A DNA stretch of 63,873 nucleotides, filler included, from Octopus bimaculoides (taxonomy: Eukaryota): the NCBI RefSeq assembly GCF_001194135.2. It is 5 parts of 5 records of this genome, joined end to end, with 100 filler letters (N's around TTAATTAATTAA, not from the genome) between each part and the next. Parts side by side here need not be neighbours in the genome. Positions count along the whole stretch, not along the records: positions 14,609 to 34,969 come from NC_068984.1; positions 35,070 to 62,032 come from NC_068990.1; 3 more parts are not named here. One strand, written 5' to 3'. The notes under the pieces are model-generated. The model was not told the origin of the DNA and did not search any database. It saw only the letters and a list, made by a program, of their open reading frames with translations. Shown here piece by piece: positions 23,892-36,589 of the stretch (position 1 is the stretch's first letter; every line of letters starts with the position of its first letter). Both the position numbers and the translations under genes were made by a program.

Positions 23892-25626
23892 GTAAAGGTT
23901 TCATACTATCCACTATTTTACCTGTATTTTCAAAGAATCTACCCCCCCCCCCCACTTTACAATAGTGGGAGGGAAATGATCAATATTCTACAAATGCCTG
24001 ATTGAAAATGGAACCAGTAGAACATTTGTGAAGACTTGAAGTCTTATGGAATGAGTGGAAATGCCTTTATCAGCTTCGTGCTGGATTTAAACATTTATAT
24101 CCCTCTTTCACTGTGTCCCTGCCCTGATCAGTAACACAAAGTGAAATAGAATCTCCATTCTGTGGTTGTAGAACAGTCCCAAGCAATTGGTTACCTGCTG
24201 ATTTGCTTATTATTGGATTCCTTTGTCTCATTACTATGCAGTATTGCAGTTCAAACACTAGCATTACATGATTTGAGAACTAACATAAAGAATGCAAAAA
24301 TGTGGAAAGATTTGTTGAAGCAATATTAACCTGTTTATATAATATTTGTTGTAAATTTCAATTTATTTCCAATATCAACACTAGATAGAAAAAGAAAGAA
24401 GATTTCCAGAACAACCATGAACTTCCGTTTTGTTTAGTTTGCACCCCACCCCCACTGGGTGAACTATTTTCTGAAATAATACTATTAAAGCTTTATCAGT
24501 TTGAGTAAACTAGTACTGTTGTTTCATTATCATAATGTTGGATTACTCAATTAGACTACCTTCAATTTTACTGCTGTCAGCCAGTATTCTCACACTGTAG
24601 ATCTGTTTTCAATAAAGAAAATTACACAGAATCAAATGTATCTAGCAGACTCATTTATTGCAATTGAATGAAAATAAATGTATATTTGATTTGTTGATTA
24701 AATAGAAGCTGTTATAATGACTAATTATCATAAAAATAAATGTTGCTGTTGCATCTGTATATTTTTTTGGCAATTTTGTTGAGATTCATACAGTTGTATA
24801 TTATTTTATTCTGGTAATGTCTTAAATTGATTAAATTTATAATACTGCCTTGTATATTATTCTTGCTACAGCTGAATAGATGAATAGAGAAATCAGTGTG
24901 ATGAAGAGTTATGCCTGAAACCTTTAAGGAATTCTGCTGCAAGTGCAAACTGCTGATTTAAATTAGCTTGGTTGAGTTTCTTAAAAGTTTCTGTTGATTA
25001 TATGTCATGGTCAAAGATTTGTTTAAAAAGCAGTATTATACATGAATTTTGAGAAAACTGGATAATTGATATTGACAGAAAAATAGATGTGAGTTTGTAG
25101 GCTGTAAGAACTGGTTCCTTTGATGTTTGAAAAGAATTTGAGAATTTAAAACATTGAGCATAAACAGGTGATAGGTTTAATACAGCATTAGCATTATCTA
25201 TAATTAAATGATTATTTGGAAAGGAATTGCATTGGAATGCCTACTCTGTACAACATTTACAACTATAGTCAATTCTTCCAATATATTCTACTTAAAAGAA
25301 TTCAGATATTTTTCCAAAAGATTATATAGAAAATTGCTATTTTTAGACCTAAAAATCTGTATGTTTTTACAAGGGAATTTGAAGTCTGTTAGTTTCTGTG
25401 TTTGTTAGTAGATAGCATTACCTGTATTGTTTACTTAGTCGGTCTTATTTAACATCCTAGCTGAACAATTCAATTATCAATAGTTGATGATACATTAAAA
25501 CTCATTCTGACATTATCTGGACTCTATTTTGTCTGAAAGATACCTTTATCAATTCTACATATAAAAAATGTATATCCTGTGATTACACAGGATCAGAACA
25601 TTGCAGCTTACACACAGTCATTAAAC

Positions 25627-27161
25627 TATTGGATTAGCAAGGTAAAGAATGGACTTTAATCAATTTGTATTTTCCATTTTGTTCAATGACTTTTTGCTAT
25701 CTTTCTGGCAACTTCATGATTTTGCGCTCATAGAACTTCTGGTCCTTATCAGCCAAAAACTGAAGCAAGTGCAATTTCAGGTCATCATCATTATTGAAAA
25801 TTATACCATTGAAAGAATTTTACAAACTTTGAAATAAATGGTAATCTGATGGTGCAAGGTCAGGGCTAAATGGTGGATGCGACATTACTTCCCAACCAAG
25901 CTCCAATAATTTTTCATGAGTTAGCAAAGATGTGTGTGGTCTAGTATTATCATGGTGGAATAGAATTTCTTTATGATTTGCCAATTCTGGCTGTTTTTCT
26001 TTTATTACTTCTTCCAGTTTCATTAGTTGTTGACAGTAAACATCTGAATTGATTGTTTGGTTCCTTGGAAGCAGCTCAAAATACACAACACCTTTGTAAT
26101 CCCACTAAATTGACAGCATGACCTTTTTTGATGCAATTCAGCTTTTGATGTGTTTTGTGCTGGTTCATTACACTTGGACCATGATTGGTTTTGATTGATG
26201 TTATTGTAGACAATCCATTTTTCATCACCAGTGATGATTCGTTTCAGAAAAACGCGATTTCATTGCGTTTGAGATGCATATCGCAAATATTGATTCATTG
26301 TCTTAAGTGAATCTCTTTTAATTTATGTGGAACCCAAATATTGAGCTTCTTGACAAGTCCAAGACATTTTAAGTGATTTCAGTTGTTCAATTTAACCTCT
26401 CTGCAATCTCTTGCACAATTATATGACAATCAGATTCAGTTATGGCTTTGATTCGGTCAGAACAGATTTTTTAAAACCATTTCTAACATGCATTCTGTTA
26501 AGTAATAAACACCATAAACTTTGCATATCTCTTTGTGAGCCTCAGCAGCTTCCTTGCCTTTACGGAAATAAAAAAGCAAAATATGGTGAAAATGTTTGTT
26601 TTCGCATTCCATGTTAAAATTGACACTGAACTAATAGTTGTAAACAAAATTATGCACAATTTGCTTCTATAGGCACAGGAGTGGCTGTGTGGTAGGTTCC
26701 AGGTTCAGTCTCACTGCATGGTACCTTGGGCAAGTGTCTTTTACTGTAGCCTCAGGCCAACCAAAGCCTTTTGAGTGGATTTGGTAGACGGAAACCGAAA
26801 GAAGCCTGTCGTATATATATATGTGTTTGTGTGTCTGTGTTTGTCCCCCACCATTGCTTGACAACCAATGTTGGTGTGTTTACACCCCTGTAACTTAGCG
26901 GTTTGGCAAAACAGACCAATAGAATAAGTACTAGGCTTACAAAGAATAAGTCCTGAGGTCAGTATTTTTTTTTTTTACTAAAGGTGGTGCTCCAGCATGG
27001 CTGCAGTCAAATGACTGAAACAAATAAAAGAATAAAGTAAACTAAAAGTAGTGGCTATCAAATGTCAAAAGAAAAAAGTCATAACATTGACAAAAGTCAT
27101 TAAAAAAAAATCCTAACTATCTATTTGCAAAAAACGAAATTACTTTCTTGTCAACCCAATA
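25627..27161 (-). mobile_element. Mariner (DD34D) transposon, defective, with a SINE inserted upstream of the ORF
   Basis: Start MECENKHFHHILL at 26612; HHDNTRPHTS and HPPFSPDLAPSDYHLFQSL motifs. The TIR aaattactttcttgtcaacccaata ends at 27161 next to TA, with a TIR remnant tattggattagcaag at 25627. Confidence 0.92.
26671..27037 (+). mobile_element. SINE family A nested in mariner
   Basis: Colinear with 50610-51035, with a short head deletion and CpG decay. Confidence 0.88.
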
Positions 27162-27348
27162 TATAGCTTTGTGCTTACATAATTTGTTTGTGTGTAGTTG
27201 AATTATTTTTTCACCATTGATATTTGGTCATTTTTATCATTTTGGAACAACAAAACAAAAACATCATTATACTTTTGCTTTGTTTGATGTTAGTAGCACT
27301 GAGATGTAGATTTCATTTCAACTTCTTGACTTAAAGCACAGTTTTTAA

Positions 27349-27566
27349 CCCTTTAGAATTCAGATTACTCTGTCAAATGTAATGCTTATTTATTCAAATT
27401 ATTTTGAATTAATTATGCATTGTTTTATAGCTTTTAGATTTCAATGATGTAATGGTTTATTTTTAGAATGACATTGTAGAGTAGATGTGAGGTCAGATTT
27501 GGTCAGTTTGAACATAAAACAGGGAGAATATTTGAGCAGGGTTTGGGCAGTTTAAATGCTAAAGGG
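27349..27566. mobile_element. piggyBac-type MITE
   Basis: TTAA|ccctttag...ctaaaggg|TTAA. Confidence 0.85.
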
Positions 27567-28371
27567 TTAAACTGTTATGTTACTACTTTGTATTCAGTTA
27601 TGAATGTAGCAAGCATTGTAGTTTCTTTTGAAATTCATTAGGATGTTTTTGTCATGGAAGGTAAAGAAGACAAAAAAGATTGTAGTTAAAATAAAATGAA
27701 ATAATTTTGTTGTTTCTTTAGGACAGAAATTTCATTAAAAGAAAATATTCAGTATTGAATACTATGTATAATGATTTTTTTGGAGCTTTCCTTCTTTCCA
27801 AGACATATGATGTGTCCTGGTCATTCAGATACATCTCGCTCCTGGTGTGGGGCTCATCTATTTCCAGGTGTGATTATAGTTGATGTCTGTGAAAAAGAAG
27901 GTGGGAGTGGAGGAGGAGGAAGAGAATGATGATAATGATGAGGAGGAGGACGCCGCCGCCACTGACTGACTAATACTAAAGGACTAATACTTTATTTTCT
28001 CAACTCTGAAAGGACGAACGGCCAATTTGACCTTGGTAGATTTCAAATCAGAGTGTGAAGCATCAAAATGAATAATGCTATATTCTGCCTAGTGCTCTAA
28101 CAATTCTGCCAAACTTAACACCTTACTGCATAAAGATTAAAGAGAAAGGTACAGAAGATGTGAAGGTGATTAAAGTCTTTAGTGCAGTTAGAACTTTGGT
28201 TTAAGTCTTCACACTGAACCTAGTGAATATGTTATATTTGAAATTATTTCTGTATGTTGTTAGATAAGTATTTATTTTGTTTTTGTTTTGTTTTGTTTTT
28301 TTCTGGGAAAGAGGACGAAATAGTCACTGATTACAAATTATTAATTTTATTTTATTTATTTATTTTTACAG

Positions 28372-28428
28372 GGCCTCTTGACAATGAATTTAGTTATGAA
28401 CCTCCCGGTAAAAAATCCAGAAGTTTTC
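28372..28428 (+). CDS. Candidate 57-nt symmetric exon of an unidentified gene (phase 1: PLDNEFSYEPPGKKSRSF)
   Basis: Long T-rich tract ending tttttacag| and a consensus |gtaagt donor. The length is a multiple of 3, two frames are open, and phase 1 has an NLS-like PPGKKSR. Confidence 0.55.
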
Positions 28429-29035
28429 GTAAGTTATCTGTTATGTACTTAAATTATTTCTTTAACAGACAATAGAAGCTATCTGAATTAATCACAAAAT
28501 TAGTTCATCGAATACACTACTTTTGAAAACTTTACAAGTATCAATATATATAAAATGCTATGTATCTTCTTGTATATATATATATATATATATTTCCAGT
28601 TTATGAGATTATACTTTCTAAATCATTCAACATGAGCTGGAGGTTTTCTGTTTATTTTTTGCATTTGTCTCAATAATTCTTAATGAAATAGTTTTCTAAA
28701 TTATTCAACAGTGTTTCTACTATCTTGCTATAATAGTGTCTCAGTTGTTCTGTTTGTCTTTTGTATTTGAAAGTTCATTCAGCTTTCTTGTCTTATCTTA
28801 CATATAATAAAATGCAATGAATTGGTCATGCTGGACAATGGAAACTAAAACCACAGAGTGAGTAACAGTCAGAGATGCTTAATGCAGGTGGGCTGTAATG
28901 AAATGTTTCACTCTGAAGTTGTCTGTATTTTAATCAAAATGAAACTAAGTTCTTATTGTTAATTCTGTACATTTTATCAATTTCACTCTTTTTTCAAAGT
29001 ATTATCATTCATGTAACATTCATAGATTATATATA

Positions 29036-30183
29036 CTAGCAAATCTACCCATCTACAATGGAGGCATAAAATGAGGGAAGGAAGTCATAACAGCAGTGTG
29101 TATTGAGAAATGTGTAAATGGACTTGATAGATTACTGGATGATGTCTTAGAGAAATCACATTATTGTTGGTGATACAGCATTCTATTGCAGCTATATGAT
29201 GTGTTTCCGACTAAGTGACATGTGATGACGATTCACTCTCAAACTGAAATAGGCTCCAGCCTCTGTATCATGAATGGTTATGTGGACCATTCCTAACGAA
29301 AAAGCCAGAACTTCCTTCAACCACTACATAGAAAGTATTCAGAAAAAAACGTTATTTAGATGTACTTTTATTTTAGTTGTTTACATTATTTTACACTTGT
29401 TTATACTCTTTATTCAAAATTCACAAATTTCCTTATTTAAATTATGAATCATATTCCTTTCGATAATATCAATATGATTACAAAACTTCTTTGTAGACAT
29501 TATTTTCTGTTTGGTTGACACTAATTTTCAAATTACTGGAGTTTGTTGTTCTACTCAGAGAGATGTATAACTGGCCGTGTGTAAACATCAGAGTGGGTAA
29601 AAATATACTTACATGATCTAAAGTCTGGCCCTGTGCCTTGTTTGCTGTGAATGCATGAGCGGAATCTTTAAGATTGCTAAAAATCAAACTAAGACTTACC
29701 TGTCACTGTTCTATACGAATAATGTCTGGATGTTCTGGTACCATGGGTTATTTTGATTGACAAAACTGAGATGTAAACAACAACCACTTTGATTAGATGT
29801 TTTGAATCCTGCTCGAGACTGATATACTTCAATAACCACTAAATAATCACACACACTATATACTGGCACACACTTTTTCCATTTTATTTTCGCTATTAAC
29901 CGTCCTCACAACCCTCTTTGTATCTACAATGGGGCCACAAATTATGCAATGAAAATCCAGAGTTTACTCACGGTCAGTGAATTTTTAATAAAAATGCAAA
30001 GGTGGTTTATCAATTCAAAAATCAATATCCTTGAAATAACCATACTTTCTGATTTCTTAATGCTAAAGACTTTCCTGACAACCATCTTTGTAATACCGAA
30101 AAATATCATAACCATTGGTCCAGCCATGAAGAGGGAACAGACAAAGAGACAGACCGATGGACATAATGCCCATTATAGTAAGA
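29036..30183 (-). mobile_element. Non-autonomous Helitron with both termini and a helicase C-terminal remnant
   Basis: On minus: A|TC at 30183, CTAG|T at 29036 and a degenerate subterminal hairpin. 29478-29687 encodes ANKAQGQTL..FTHGQLYISLSR..NNVYKEVL (PIF1-type motifs). Confidence 0.8.
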
Positions 30184-30279
30184 TAGCAAATTTGCCCATC
30201 TATGATAGGAAATTAAATGGCTGCAGTCTAATGACTGAAACAAGTAAAAGATAAAAAAATAGGTGTATCTCTCTCTATA

Positions 30280-30318
<39 letters not shown>

Positions 30319-30329
30319 NNNNNNNNNNC

Positions 30330-32510
30330 CATTGGGTCACCAATAGTTCAAGATAACTGAAAAAACCACATATCTCGGTGATCTGTGGTCCAATTTATGT
30401 GAAACTTGTTTTATTCCGTTTGTATTCACATGCGCATCCCATTCGTGGCATCTGCTTTTGTCTCTCTCCTCTGGTGGTAGTGTGGTTCTGTATTTTTTGT
30501 GGTTAGTGCAGTGGGGTATGGAGAACCCCACTCATAGTTTTAGCTATTTTTAGTACTTTTTATTACCTTATATGTGTTCTTAAGCAATAATATTACCAAA
30601 AAACATATTCTGGTATAATGTATTTATTTAACATATAAACAAAAACAGGCGCATACTCTTTGAAAATGAAGGTCAAACAAAATAAAACTATTTTTTGGGT
30701 GGGAGAGTGCTCCTTTTGTATTTACTGTTTACTCATTGTTTGCACTATCATCCTCATCACTCTGAGCAAAGCAGTCAATGCAAATGTGCATAGCATGTTC
30801 CAAGCAGATGGGCTTATAGCACTTCTGGTGACAAATTTTTATCTTACGATCTTTTGACCTAGGGCACAATGAGCATCTTTGTATGAAATCTTCATGATGA
30901 CATTTTGGAGATAATTCCTTAGATGCTTAGAAATGTTGAATCTTCCTTTTCAAGTCTTACTTCAAATATGGGTTTGTCTTGTGATGATGGATATGGTTTT
31001 CCACCAACTTGAGTCCCAATCCCCTCAAAAACTCTCAGTGCCTGACAGCTGTTTGAGAGTTTGTCATGAATATATTGTATGCATTTATTCCTGCAACATT
31101 GAGTATAGTGTAGAAAATTGTAAGTGGCCAACATTGAGTATTTCTAGAAACCTTGTAGATGGAACGCATCTGATCCATGGTATCTACCCCCTCCTTTAGT
31201 ACTGTTGCTGAAGATAATAATCTCTGGTTTTATTTTTTCTTTTGTACTTTAATCAGTTGTTGCATCATGATGCATTGTGCTTAGTAGGACAACATTTTAA
31301 CTTTCTTGGGAACATATAAGGTCAACATCTTTCTGGAAACCAAACAAGCTTGTGTATACAGTTCTACCTCTTGTAGCAACAAACTGAGGGAGAAGTTCTA
31401 TCTTGTTCTTTCTCAGAGTGCCATCTAATGTTAATCTATAATTCTTCAAGAGATCAACTGTAAGTTTGTAACTTGTAAACCAATTATCCATTGTAATATT
31501 TCTTCCAGACCCATTTATATGAGACAACAACCATTTTACCACTGAATTATCTACTATAGAACGGCCTTTTGGTTGTTTCCCAAAGTAAACCTCCATATGT
31601 GACACATAGAAAGTCTTAACATCTGCCAAAATAAATATTTTTATACCATATTTTGCTGGTTTACTTGGCATGTAGACCCTGAATGGACAGTTGAATCTAA
31701 AAGCAGCCAACATTTCATCTACTGTTGCATACTCTGAGACATTATAATTAGAGATACACTTATCAACAAATTTCTCAAAGAATTTTCTAAAAGGTGCAAA
31801 CTTATCTTCTAGCTTCCTTTTAGCTTGGGTGTGGATGTCAAACAGGCCTTCTACTTCAGTTCCTCCATCTTCATCTGTCATTTCCTCCTTCTTCAGATTC
31901 CTCATCATCTGGTTCTTCATCAAGAAATGATCCTGATTCTTCTATGTCTAATTCTCTCTCAACCATCTTTCTCAATTTTTCCATTTGTCTTTCGTAGTCT
32001 ATTGTGAATCTGAAAGGAAAGAAGATTTCTCGCTTTTATGACATTCAGAACCATCTAATAACAAAAAAAAAATGTTGGTCGGTTGACAATAATATATCAT
32101 TCAACCATGGTAGTGGTTGAATATATTCTTAAGTCCACCATTTTGTCAATCACAGCAGCTTCCAAGCTTCACCACTAATTCAGTTCTCAACTAAATTACA
32201 AGCTGCTAACAGTTTTAAAGAGGACACCTCCTCAGCTACACTTTGGCATAAATAGTTTGAGATTTGGTTCGGTAGAAAAAAAGTTACATCAAAATATCTG
32301 CGACCTCAAGGGAGGCAGTAAGGCACCTATTCACCTTCAATTAACATAAACTTTTTAATTTTAAATTAAAAGTATACGTTTCTTAGGCTTAAATGATAGA
32401 AAAATGCATGTGGAATTCAGAATCACTAGTCGCATTGAACAAAATTTAATAGAAAAATAGTTATGAGGTAAAATGTTACGAAATTTCCAGTCAGTAAGAG
32501 AGTAAGGGAG
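30330..32510 (-). mobile_element. piggyBac transposon, transposase pseudogene (PGBD-like)
   Basis: ORF 31297-31923 has TVDEM, YMPSKPAKYGIK and ITMDNWFTS. After a frameshift comes KGGVDTMDQM..WPLTIFY (~31090-31200). The N-terminal part is internally deleted, and the ends are approximate. Confidence 0.9.
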
Positions 32511-32564
32511 TAATGCTTCAGCTATAAGAATAAAGAATATATTTCTAAAATCAATGTTTACTTT

Positions 32565-33005
32565 CTGCGAGCTGGTAGAAACGTTTGCGCACCGGGTGAT
32601 ATGCTTAACTGTACTTCGTCTGTCTTTACGTTTTTGAGTTCAAATTTTGCCGAGGTTGACTTTCACATACAGATTATTTCATTAATTTTTTTTTTTTAGC
32701 TAAACACTTTCAAACTTCCAATATTGGTGGAATACAACAGGGTTTACTCTTGACGTTTTTGAAAAAAATTTCGTATTTTAGAAGCGGTATTTCGTCTGTC
32801 TTTACATTCTGAGTTCAAATTCCATCAAGGTTGACTTTGTCTTTCATCCATTTGGGATCTATTCAAGTAGATGTACAGATTATCTAATTAATTTTTTTAA
32901 CTAAACACTTTCAAACTTCAAATACTGGTAGAATATGTCACATAGAACAAGATTTCCTGTTAACATTTTGGACAAAATTTTGTATTTTAGAAGTTATTTC
33001 GTCAG
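32565..33005 (+). repeat. Dimer of a composite unit (SINE B fragment plus MITE-like fragment)
   Basis: ttcgtctgtctttac..gagttcaaatt..aggttgacttt plus acagattat..ctaaacactttcaaactt..gtattttagaag occurs twice. Confidence 0.6.
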
Positions 33006-33621
33006 AAGTTACAGAGTGACAATGGACAAATTCATGTTTGATAAGTGCCAATACACGCAACTCTCAGCTTTTGACTTACTCTCTAACTTCTGCTGATGAT
33101 ATATATACATATTACATATATGTGTAAAAAAAATCTCATCATGCAATGGGACCAATGAAAAGCCTCTACCTGGTCACTCGACACGCTAAAAATAGCACCC
33201 AAAGTATCTCCCTATCTAAATCACACGCCCTGGAAATTAAAAATGATTTTTTGGTTTATAAAATGGTTTTCATTCATGGAAAACCAAATATTTACATAAA
33301 ATTGAAGGTACAGTAATAGTCATTTTTTATTGCAAAATTAGGTTTACTTAAGGTGAGCCTAGTTTTAGGGTCTTGTTGTTTGTAACTTTTGGTGAGCCAT
33401 GGTGCAACCAACAACATGGTAAAAATCCCTGCCATTAATTTGGTGTGAATGGGTAATATTAAATAATTCAATCACAACATATATTTAAATTAAACATGAA
33501 AAAAAATGAAATATTATCATTACTTACATGGAAAAATTGAAATATTATCTTTCAGTATTTTATAAGGTAAAATCTTAAATTATTAATTATCTTATAACAG
33601 CAATACCTGAAAAAATCATGG

Positions 33622-34096
33622 ATTACATGGGAAAATGCGAGCATGAAAAGAATATTCTTCAGGTTATAAACCTGGAAAAGTACAGGACAAGTTATTACAC
33701 CTGTAAAAATATAGGACAAACTATTACTTCAAGTAAAGTAACGAATAAGAGACTTTTTACTTGAAATATTGCAGCTAAAATTAAAATTTACTAACTTAAA
33801 TACAGAAAAAAATGTCTAATTAGACAAACTTACAAATTAGCTGATCAGTTTTGTACAATAAATTTCAAAGATGAGAAATGTAAAGAGTGATAAATTAGAA
33901 CTGGCATTCTTTGCTGTAATATTTTAAGTAAAAAGTTTCTTATTCTTTACTTTACTCGAAGTAATAGTTTGTCCTATACTTTTACAGATGTAATAACTTG
34001 TCCTGTACTTTTACAGATGTAATAACTTGTCCTGTACTTTTTCAGGTTTATAATCTTAAGAATATTACTTTTCATGCTCACATTTTTCCATGTAAT
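33622..34096. mobile_element. Fold-back element with ~155/185-bp arms and 28-bp subrepeats
   Basis: 33622-33775 pairs with the reverse complement of 33913-34096. The right arm has an extra tcctgtacttttacagatgtaataacttg unit. Confidence 0.8.
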
Positions 34097-34744
34097 AATT
34101 TTATGTGAGAAATAATCAGCCTTTCAGATATAAAAATAAATAAGTAAAATAAACAATAATAAAGAACAGAAAACAAAAATGTGCCTGTCAGCAAATAGTA
34201 CAGTGAATGGTATGGTGGGGTATGCACAACCCCAGACACAGGTAACGTGTGTACACTTCTCATTACTCAACAAATAACCAAGTGGGGTTGTGCATTAACT
34301 CAGTGGAGTGTGCCAAGAAATTACCTGGATGGATAGCACTATCACTGCAAGACATACATACACAAACATCGCCTGGGGCATAAGATACCCTATCACACCA
34401 CCAGAGGGTTAAAGCTATGTAATCGTCACACCCACCTTCCTTTCCCTTCTTCAGCATTTTAAAAGTTACTTGTGTATATGTGAATTAGTGTGTGTGTTTA
34501 TGCATGTATCTGTTTACATACGTTATGTATGCAGCATCCATCATTATATATTTTAATCGTTCATCAATTTCCCCACGATTGCTTGAAAATTTCGAAATTT
34601 AGATTCTTTCATTTAACTTCTACCTTACCCTTCTCATTCAAGTTTAATGCAACTCAGCCTGCACCTCACACCTTCCTTATACATCAGCAAAAATAGCTAA
34701 ATGATTGTCAAGAGATTTATAAGTTATAGGATAGGATATATATA

Positions 34745-34969
34745 TCATCATCATCATCATCATCATCATTGTTTAACGTCCGCTTTCCATGCTAGCATGG
34801 GTTGGACGATTTGACTGAGGACTGGTGCAACCGGATGGCTACACCAGGCTCCAATCTAATTTGGCAGAGTTTCTACAGCTGGATGCCCTTCCTAACGCCA
34901 ACCACTCAGAGAGTGTAGTGGGTGCTTTTACGTGTCACCCGCACGAAAACAGCCACGCTCGAAATGGTG
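34745..34969 (-). mobile_element. RTE LINE 3' end with (CAT)n tail
   Basis: (cat)n followed by gtttaacgtccgctttccatgctagcatgggttggacg. Confidence 0.85.
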
Positions 34970-35069
34970 NNNNNNNNNNNNNNNNNNNNNNNNNNNNNNN
35001 NNNNNNNNNNNNNTTAATTAATTAANNNNNNNNNNNNNNNNNNNNNNNNNNNNNNNNNNNNNNNNNNNN

Positions 35070-35103
<34 letters not shown>

Positions 35104-35582
35104 AATATATATATAGAGAGAAAGAGAGTGAGAAAGAGTGGGAGAGGACTGTTATAGGTACACATATGATTATTTTAGCCATGGAGGCGAAGTCCATTTT
35201 GGAATTCCCTGCTACATATATGTGGACATATAAAATATATTGTATGTAATTAAATTACAGTACTTAAGCCTTTACTATAGAAAGGAAAGGGATGAGAATA
35301 CACCATATTCCGTTCACAATGATTATTTTCGCGCAAGGATAATTTTTATAATTTCTTGTATACTTCAAGTCTGACTGGCTTCCCGTCAGGGGAGAACGAC
35401 TGCTCACACTCCTGGTTAATTAGCATAAAACTATTTAAAATCATGTTGCATACTAGTAATGCATGGTCAAATAAGTGTGTTCAAAATTTCAGCTAAGTAC
35501 TAGACTTTATCTGACTTAAATAGCGATTACTATGAAGTTCCCATCAAATGCAAAAAAGAAGTGGAGTGTTTGTTTTCTGCTG

Positions 35583-35640
35583 AGTAACCTAGTAGCCATG
35601 AAATATGTCACGGTAATCCCCTAGACTTCCTGCGTCAGAA
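35583..35640 (-). promoter_or_regulatory. Weak candidate promoter and start exon of a minus-strand gene
   Basis: CAGGAAGT (ETS-like, 35625-35632, minus) is followed by ATG GCT ACT AG|gttact (35599-35589), in a CpG-retaining region at the edge of the depleted domain. Confidence 0.2.
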
Positions 35641-35849
35641 CAGAATAGAATATTTTTTACATTTTTAAAAAAAATTCACACACGCTAAGCGTCGCAAATA
35701 GTAATTTAATTATAAAAAACTATCTTAAATACTATAATACACAGTGGTTGCGTCTAAAAAATCTATGAAGTGAATATGTGTATATATGCGTGTGTTAATA
35801 TATATGTATAGGTATATGCGCGAACACTGATATACACATGTATATACGT

Positions 35850-35880
<31 letters not shown>

Positions 35881-35893
35881 NNNNNNNNNNNNN

Positions 35894-35959
<66 letters not shown>

Positions 35960-36589
35960 TGTGTGTGTATATGTATGTATATATATGTATATATATATAT
36001 ATGTGTATATGGTTTTAAAGTGTTTTGTTTGTGAAGTTTCTTTGAACTGTCTTGTATATAAATTTGTACAGTAATTTGTAAGCCATAACGCTGCGATATT
36101 TATGAAACAGAATTTACTTTTTCCTATTTTTCTCAATTATATTTCAATTTAAACGATTCTTTTTCGAATAATACAACGGAGCAGAAAGATAGTTAAACAC
36201 ATAAAGGAAACAGAAAATAATAAATCCTGACAACCTCTGTTAGTCTGCAAAGGTTTGAATTCAAATAATACATAGAGATTCACCATCATATCACTTTAGT
36301 GATTAATTTCTCAAAGTCCCTAGGCAGATGGTTCATAAAAGATGACTGTTGTTATCCATGTATGTCTATATCTAACTATAGACATATGTCTGTCTGTCTG
36401 TCTGTAAGTCTCTCTCTCTCTCTCTCTCTCTATCTTTTTTTCTTTTACCTGTTTCAGCCATGTTGGAACACCGCCTTTATTCTTTATTAGCCTAGTACTT
36501 ATTCTATCGATCTCTTCTTGCCGAACCGCTAGGTTATCTATCTATCTATTTGTCAATATATCCATAGTAACAATTGCACCCGTCCTTTG

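Noticed and set aside
27720-27900. Exon candidates on both strands (DRNFIKRKYS; LEIDEPHTRSEMYL..)
   Set aside because: The plus phase does not join the 28372 exon in its more plausible frame, and the minus acceptor gives stops in all three frames.
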